Shown piece by piece: positions 26,491 to 32,000 of a DNA stretch of 32,000 bases (the first letter of the stretch is position 1; each line of letters starts with the position of its first letter). The notes under the pieces were generated by a model. That model was not told the origin of the DNA. It saw nothing but the letters and a program-made list of their open reading frames with translations, and ran no database searches. The stretch covers positions 155,933 to 187,932 of the forward strand of contig NZ_JACJHX010000008.1 in assembly GCF_014138605.1 (NCBI RefSeq). Reading direction: 5' to 3'. Made by a program: the position numbers and the translations under genes. This stretch comes from Peribacillus huizhouensis. Lineage in GTDB: Bacteria > Bacillota > Bacilli > Bacillales > DSM-1321.

Positions 26491-26710
26491 TTGCAATAAG
26501 TAAAAAACGAAAAAAGGCTTCCACCATTACCAAATAATAGGTAAAACGGCTAAAACCTTTGTTGTTGAAGGTATCTTTGGAATACACCTTTTCACTTCCT
26601 AATTTATTCTTAAGTATAAGCCAAAGATTAAGATGGGAATAGTAGAGTATCTACCCCATTACAATAGTTAATGTTGCAAGGAATGCTATACTCATCTTTA
26701 ATTTTGAGTA

Positions 26711-28181
26711 TCAATTTAACCTAATATTTTCAGCTTCAATTAAAACTGATGTGGCTGTTTGATTTATCAAAGATGCAACTATATTACCATTAAAATCTGA
26801 TAGACTCACTTTAGAGGATATCAGCCCTGCCTGAACACTTAATGCCCCCCTCAGCACTTTGAATCCTGGAATCAAGCCCGCTAATGTTTGAATTAACGGC
26901 TCCAACCTGACCATCTACATAATTTACAGAAGCTTTAAGAGCCACTGTTCCGGCAACTACGTTTATGGATGCCTCTACAGATTCAATTTGACCGTCAAAA
27001 TAATTATAAGCTTCATCTATGCCAGTATCCGTGTCAGCTTTAGATTCAATTAAAACACCTTCTGCCCTCACGTCTATTTGCGATATAGCCTCTTCTACTT
27101 CGCCGTCAAGTCTCAACCTGCATGTTAATATTTTCATTTGTCTGCTCAAACTTTGATCGGTATTCTTTTTTATTCTCATCAATTTCAATTCGAGCTACTG
27201 TAAGCACATCTGTATAGTTACGCTTTTTATTACCTAGAGTGACAACAGGACTTTTATTGCTAAAAGGATACCATTTTCGAGCGATCACCCTTGTTTTAAA
27301 GTCAATATTCATTGGCTCGTATATGGTCCATTGCAGATCACCTAAACCAACATCAAACCCAAGCTGGGTTACTTCTAATTCAAACCTGATCTCTAGAACA
27401 TCATTCAACTCTTGTTTAATTCGTTAAATCATAGATTCAGTAATCGTGTAACGATCATCTCTGACAGGTTCTGCGTGACGTTTTCCGTATACCTCTACCA
27501 TAGACGATCTGCACGTTACCTCTAATCCATTACCACCAAAACCTTTTATTACTGTACATAGATTGGTAGTATCCACTGTTTTTATGAGTGTTTTGTCATT
27601 ATGTTTGTACGTAAATTGATGATCCGTCTCCATGCCAATTTTTCTTATAAATCTTGATGTGCATATTAGGCATAATCTTAATTTCACATTCAAGTTTAGA
27701 ACAAGCATCCCAATTTAATGAAAGAACATTATTTTCACTGAAATTAGCGAATAATGCATAATCCGTTACATCAACAGATTCGAAAGTCCAACCGGTACCC
27801 GATAACACGAAAGAAAAAATATCATTTGCATTCCTTGTACCACCAATAATCCCATAAACTTGATGTTCGATTAGATCCAAATAGACATGTTGCGCTGCAA
27901 CTGACTTTTGATTTCGGATCTCTGTCATATTTTTAACTCTAAATTCGTGTCCATCTAATTCGACTGTGCTTTCTTCCTAGTGGATACGAGTGAGCATTAT
28001 TGGCAGAAAAAATAGAGGGAAATGAATTTGAAAAATCTCCGTTTACCTCTTCGTTTATTTCACAATTTTTTATGTTCGATAATAATTCTTTATCCCCTGC
28101 TAGATTTTTAACTACAAGCAATAGCATCGCCTCCTTTCGGTATAATAAAAGATCCCTTATTGGACTTGTGTAATTAATCAA
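26711..28181 (-). pseudogene. prophage tail protein (minor structural protein / tail endopeptidase-type N-terminus) broken by multiple frameshifts
   Basis: Six overlapping ORF pieces lie on one strand: 27939..28181, 27599..27928, 27424..27708, 27106..27408, 26811..27188 and 26711..26914. The N-terminal piece LLVVKNLAGDKELLSNIKNCEINEEVNGDFSNSF resembles siphovirus tail-tip N-terminal regions. The later pieces SINVVAGTVALKASVNYVDGQV and LSDFNGNIVASLINQTATSVLIEAENIRLN look fibre-like. No neighbouring tail genes are present. Confidence 0.7.
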
Positions 28182-28292
28182 TATTAATTAATTCCGTTAC
28201 AATCCCCCCAACGCATTTCCTAATTTAACCTATTTTTTTCATTTATTTTCCTATATACTAATATAGATTTCACTATATAGGAGGTAATTTGA

Positions 28293-29192
28293 ATGAAAAG
28301 GATATTTAAAGCCTCATTGTTATTTTCTATAGCAATAGCATTATTAATCTCATTATCTTTTGCTACTAATTCAGTAGAAGCTGCATCCACTTCAAAAGCT
28401 ACGGTTATTGTGAACAAACTTGAAATCAGAAATGGTGCAGGGACAAAGTATAAAGTGGTTGGATACTTGAAAAAGGGTGACAATATCACCATTTTTTCTA
28501 AAACTAAGTCAGGTTGGTCTGAAGTTAAATACAACAAGAAAAAAGCCTATGTTACGACTAAATCCCTAAAGTTTGATGCAGCTAAAACAATTATAGCTAA
28601 AGTAGGGAAAACAACGGTTCAAGCAGATAAAGAATTAGTTTATCCACAAATTTCTGGATTATCGACAAAGTCAGTTCAAGATAAGATTAATAATATTCTT
28701 CGAAATCACATTAAAAATTCAATAAAATACAAACAATTAATGTTAGCAGATTTAGAAGAGTGGAAGTTAGAAGATGATGGGACTTATCCTGACTTCGTAT
28801 TCCAATGGGAGTATCTGACTTCGTATGAAATTGCTTACAATAAAAACAACACTCTAAGCATTATCATGTATGATTACAGATACATGGGCGGTGCTCATGG
28901 AAGTACAGTTGCTACTACTTATAACTTCAGTCTTAGTACTGGGAATCGTATAGTTATCCATGATGTACTAAAAAAGAGAGACAACTATTTAAAAGTTAAA
29001 AGACATGCTTATAAAACAATGGTCAGTAACGAAAACTTTTTTGTTGGTTCTCTGAGTGATTTCGATATTACTAGAGATACTCAGTTTGTATATGCTGATG
29101 GTGGAATTCGATTAGTTTTCCAAGAGTATGAGGTAGCTGCATATGCTTATGGCCATCCTAAAGTAAATATTCCGTATACCGTTTATAAGTAA
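28293..29192 (+). CDS. secreted SH3b-domain protein with DUF4163/DUF3298 (PdaC/RsiV-like) C-terminal domains
   Basis: Signal peptide MKRIFKASLLFSIAIALLISLSFATNSVEA. SH3b-like region ATVIVNKLEIRNGAGTKYKVVGYLKKGDNITIFSKTKSGWSEVKYNKKKAYV. VYPQISGLSTKSVQDKINNIL and YMGGAHGS..NFSLSTGNRI..IRLVFQEYEVAAYAYG match the DUF4163/DUF3298 patterns. GGAGG RBS is present. Confidence 0.8.
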   Translation: MKRIFKASLLFSIAIALLISLSFATNSVEAASTSKATVIVNKLEIRNGAGTKYKVVGYLKKGDNITIFSKTKSGWSEVKYNKKKAYVTTKSLKFDAAKTIIAKVGKTTVQADKELVYPQISGLSTKSVQDKINNILRNHIKNSIKYKQLMLADLEEWKLEDDGTYPDFVFQWEYLTSYEIAYNKNNTLSIIMYDYRYMGGAHGSTVATTYNFSLSTGNRIVIHDVLKKRDNYLKVKRHAYKTMVSNENFFVGSLSDFDITRDTQFVYADGGIRLVFQEYEVAAYAYGHPKVNIPYTVYK

Positions 29193-29197
29193 GATTG

Positions 29198-29235
29198 AAC
29201 AGACCTAATTATTGATGTTGGGTCTGTTTTCTATT
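29198..29235 (+). terminator. intrinsic terminator after the SH3b gene
   Basis: AACAGACC (29198-29205) pairs with GGTCTGTT (29221-29228), followed by TTTTCTATT. Confidence 0.7.
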
Positions 29236-29311
29236 AAGCTGTGAATTTATTCAGTCGGATATCCAAGGGAGGAGACAAAGGAAAAGAGACTAGCTAATTG
29301 CTAATCTCTGA

Positions 29312-30131
29312 TTAAACTAATAGACAGTTTTCACCGACCGAGGGAATACCTTGTCCACTACTCGACCCCAAAACCAAGTTTGTTCCATGAACTAAATCAA
29401 CTGGATTATCAACAAATACCGAGTAAATATATCCACTTTCAAGTTTCATAGCTCCGATATGCCATAAACCACCTTGCCTTGGGAGTGATGATTGCGAAAT
29501 CAACTTGAAAGTCGTTCCGTCACTCGATTCAGTGTAGGCAAACGCTCCTCAGTATTGACCGATTGCTATAAATTTATTTGTTTTTACTTTAAAAACTTGT
29601 GGCGAAAGGGAGGCCGCTGACGCTCCTACTATTGGACATTCAATCTCTTCTGACCAGGTTTTTCCATCACGCGTTGTCTTTTTAACAAGTTTTGATGAAC
29701 CACTTATTACAGGGCGATAATAACAAACCAATTGCTTAGCTTGACGGTCATAGGTTAACGTTGGGTCACTGTTATATCCTTTTCCAGGAGCAGTTGTAAC
29801 AGGATTTGTTAATCCAACAGGTACAATTCTAGTTTTTGCCGTCGTGTGAACAATAGATAGATGGATTTTCATGCTGATTATTGCCATTAGGATAAGGAGT
29901 AATCGCCATCCAATATTTATATCCTGCAAAACCTACTGGAAGATAGACCACAAAATGATGACAAACTTCTCCTGATCCGTCATAAGTTGTAAGATTGATT
30001 TTTTGTAACTCACCTTTAAATTTAACCTTATGTTGATTATTAATGGTCGGTTGTATATTTTCTATAACAACAGGAATTGGCTCTGAAGCATCATTCCTTA
30101 CTTTTATGTTTGTAAATAACTGTTAACTCAT
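29312..30131 (-). pseudogene. BNR/sialidase-like beta-propeller protein gene (phage-associated type), decayed
   Basis: ATG at 30131 is followed by TAA at codon 3 (30123-30125). Then comes ..FAGYKYWMAITPYPNGNNQHENPSIYCSHDGKN, a frameshift near 29840-29930, TTRDGKTWSEE (Asp-box/BNR motif), an in-frame TGA at 29549-29551, and then GAFAYTESSDGTTF (a second Asp-box-like motif). Confidence 0.65.
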
Positions 30132-30586
30132 TATAAATTGTTTGCTTTTAATATATTATTTCTATGCATCTCTTTGAGCTCAATAGGCATTTCTTTATCC
30201 AATAACCATTCAGCTTGCTGTTTTTGAAATTTCAACAAGACATCCTGTGGCAATTCTAAATCAACAATATCCGATAACTTAGTAACTCTCAGTGCCACCA
30301 TAAGAGCAATTAGCTGAGTTTTATTGAGACTAACACCTGTCTTACCGTTGACCAATTGAGAAATAGTACCTACCCTCATACCCGTCATCGACGCAAGGTC
30401 CTTTTGAGTTATGTTTCTCTCATTCAATAACTCATCAATTTTATAGACAAAATTAGCATTTGAAAGGATACTAGCAGTATCAGTTACAACTTGATTCATA
30501 AGTTTATGTGATTCTCCAATGATGGCTGAAACTTTTTCTTTGCGCAATTCTGATATCCTCCTAGAAATATTAAAAAGACAAGACAT
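30131..30586 (-). CDS. XRE-family HTH transcriptional regulator
   Basis: IDELLNERNITQKDLASMTGMRVGTISQLVNGKTGVSLNKTQLIALMVAL is a typical XRE HTH. Its stop overlaps the ATG of the downstream BNR-like pseudogene (TAATG). The true start is uncertain: 30586 or the internal Met at codon 30. Confidence 0.75.
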   Translation of the reverse strand: MSCLFNISRRISELRKEKVSAIIGESHKLMNQVVTDTASILSNANFVYKIDELLNERNITQKDLASMTGMRVGTISQLVNGKTGVSLNKTQLIALMVALRVTKLSDIVDLELPQDVLLKFQKQQAEWLLDKEMPIELKEMHRNNILKANNL

Positions 30587-30809
30587 ACTTTAAAAAATGA
30601 AATTTAAGAATGATTTTTTATACATGTGGCATACCTCTCGATTAATATTTTATCACCTGAATCTTTTTCTAACGATGGAAATATTATCTTTTAATATTTC
30701 CTTTTATACGTATTTAGTTTTTCTTTCTTCGAGTTTCAGAGTTTATAAATTAATGTAAACATATTACCGCTAACAATCTTGGTTCCATTGTATTATTATT
30801 CAAACTTGA

Positions 30810-30911
30810 TTATCTCTCCCCTGCCCAATTGGCAGCGTGGAGAGATAACTTGCTCAGATGCAAAGTTGGCTATCTATGTTTGAAGGAAAAAAATCAAACT
30901 TAGATAGCCAA
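30810..30911. repeat. two adjacent long hairpins in an intergenic region
   Basis: TTATCTCTCC (30810-30819) pairs with GGAGAGATAA (30839-30848), with an inner CTGCC/GGCAG pair. TTGGCTATCTA (30866-30876) pairs with TAGATAGCCAA (30901-30911). Each 3' stem arm is directly preceded by TCAAACTT (30800-30807, 30893-30900). Confidence 0.4.
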
Positions 30912-30986
30912 ATGATCATTTGAATAGCTTAATAAAGGTATCCGTGTCATCTCCCCTATTGTCCTTATATAGTTAAACAAGATTAC

Positions 30987-31010
30987 AAATAAAAGCACCC
31001 GAAATGGGTG
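30987..31010 (-). terminator. intrinsic terminator after the membrane-protein gene
   Basis: CACCC (30996-31000), loop GAAAT, GGGTG (31006-31010). On the minus strand it is followed by CTTTTATTTG. Confidence 0.55.
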
Positions 31011-31036
31011 ATATTTCTCATTATAAATATTAAAGA

Positions 31037-31465
31037 TTAACTTTTTCTAATAGAATCTTTATCAGTAAAACTATTTATTAACCTTTTAATTAGTAAAAAT
31101 ATTGATGAAATTATCACAAAACCTATAAAAAATACAACGAATCCCCATAATCCCACAACAGCATCTTGAAATTCCATATTTCCTCTTTTGGTAAGGGCTT
31201 GTTGTATTTCAATGGCAAAAACTAAAACGATCATAATCGTGAAACTATATATGAATGATAGTATTGTAATTCCAAAAGGCAGTTTAGAAATAAATTTTGA
31301 TACAACTAGCACAAAAAGAAATATCAAGATCCCAATAATACCCATAATCCAAAAATGTAAATCTTTATCATTTAAACCTAGATTTAAATGATTGCTAACG
31401 TAGATTTGAATAAAATCATGGATATTATTGAGTAATTCTGCCAACTTGAGAATTGTTTCTTTCAT
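31037..31465 (-). CDS. multi-pass membrane protein, candidate immunity protein for the upstream toxin tip
   Basis: The ORF is 142 aa with AAAGGAGAG upstream. It has 3-4 hydrophobic spans (IMGIIGILIFLFVLVV, ITILSFIYSFTIMIVLVFAI, LWGFVVFFIGFVIISSIFLLI). It lies 52 nt downstream of the RHS-tip ORF. Confidence 0.7.
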   Translation of the reverse strand: MKETILKLAELLNNIHDFIQIYVSNHLNLGLNDKDLHFWIMGIIGILIFLFVLVVSKFISKLPFGITILSFIYSFTIMIVLVFAIEIQQALTKRGNMEFQDAVVGLWGFVVFFIGFVIISSIFLLIKRLINSFTDKDSIRKS

Positions 31466-31517
31466 TTTATACTCTCCTTTACTGATTACTCATTTGCTAT
31501 TATAACAGTAAAAGAAA

Positions 31518-31982
31518 TCATCTTCCTGAATAACTTCTCTCTAAAGTTTTCACAATAGTACCATATATAATGCTTTTATTCGGACTGAAAAGAGATAAAA
31601 ATTGATTTTCTATAAAGCCACGTCTACTGTACTTTCCACCTAAATTACTGAAAAAATATGCTGCAGGAGCTAGTTGAAAGCTCATAATTAGAACACCAAC
31701 CTTATCAAATACTCCTATTTTTTGCCAGTATCTCACTATACCAATTGACCCTGCAACCGCTCCTCTAAGCATTGTTATAGTAAGAGCTCTTCCAGAGATA
31801 TGCTTTTTGTAATTCTTAAAGCCATATTTAAAAACTAAGTTAGCATAATAAATTACCGCATTCACAAACGCGCCTAACACAGCGCCCACTAAGATCTGAG
31901 CAAACGTTCCATCGGGATCAACAAACATCACTGGGTTATTATTAGCATAATTATACCCATTCAGCGTATCTGCAACAGTTCC
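31518..31982 (-). CDS. orphan RHS/YD-type polymorphic-toxin C-terminal module (hydrophobic tip)
   Basis: The frame is open from 31982 and reads GTVADTLNGYNYANNNPVMFVDPDGTFA. This is the conserved NNNPV..DPxG junction that ends RHS/YD cores and precedes variable toxin tips. TAA at 31983-31985 lies just upstream, and the only in-frame starts are the GTG/ATG inside the motif. The tip itself is glycine/alanine-rich and hydrophobic. Confidence 0.6.
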   Translation of the reverse strand, partial: GTVADTLNGYNYANNNPVMFVDPDGTFAQILVGAVLGAFVNAVIYYANLVFKYGFKNYKKHISGRALTITMLRGAVAGSIGIVRYWQKIGVFDKVGVLIMSFQLAPAAYFFSNLGGKYSRRGFIENQFLSLFSPNKSIIYGTIVKTLERSYSGR

Positions 31983-32000
31983 TTAAACCATTTGACGCAC

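Noticed and set aside
30677-30701. The perfect 10-bp palindrome GGAAATATTA / TAATATTTCC upstream of the XRE regulator, as its operator or as a + strand terminator.
   Set aside because: It is an AT-only stem about 90 nt from the uncertain start codon. No + strand gene ends nearby. Palindromes of this composition arise easily in AT-rich spacers. I noted it but did not call it.
1130-31391. Antisense or shadow ORFs nested inside longer genes: 1130..1486, 5134..5322, 7593..7778, 9068..9370, 12112..12303, 15525..15716, 16559..16765, 16575..16790, 19462..19692, 20939..21130, 24231..24509, 24532..24735, 24968..25159, 27239..27427, 28220..28537, 31188..31391.
   Set aside because: Each lies wholly or largely within a gene that has clear family motifs or better signals. 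Their peptides are low-complexity (Ser/Leu/Phe/Ile-rich), typical of reverse-frame readings of AT-rich genes. None has a convincing RBS.

Overview
This is an AT-rich, Firmicutes-style accessory region. The RBS usage and protein families (YolD-like, Shedu/DUF4263, SH3b/DUF3298, RHS tip) suggest a Bacillus cereus-group-like host, but that is inference, not a search result. I found no rRNA, tRNA or CRISPR array. The window reads as a mosaic of mobile-element and defence modules with heavy gene decay.

Left two thirds (1-22.7 kb):
- A partial GIY-YIG homing-endonuclease-like gene.
- Three serine recombinases, one of them killed by a single amber codon.
- A tyrosine-recombinase remnant.
- A Sau3AI/MutH-like endonuclease and a C5 cytosine methyltransferase in the same orientation, separated by about 3.2 kb of inserted DNA.
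- Inside that insertion, a tightly linked gene pair: an unknown 207-aa protein plus a DUF3427-like/DUF3883-like fusion. This is my best candidate for an undescribed modification-dependent defence pair.
- An Mrr-cat nuclease.
- A Shedu (DUF4263) gene interrupted only by in-frame stops.
- Three secreted lipoprotein-type genes and a DUF1643 gene.
- A 3.6-kb cassette (resolvase, GIY-YIG protein, HNH protein) bracketed by direct copies of a modular repeat. A third, longer and RNA-like copy of that repeat sits at 5.9-6.2 kb.

Right third (22.9-32 kb):
- An intact tyrosine integrase followed by a decayed prophage-like region: YolD-like, XRE, tail-protein and BNR/sialidase-like pseudogenes.
- An intact SH3b/DUF3298 secreted protein and an XRE regulator.
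- An orphan RHS-type toxin tip with a membrane-protein partner at the window edge.

Several decayed genes carry in-frame nonsense codons while keeping their reading frames. All functional calls come from motifs read by eye in the translations; no database search was possible.
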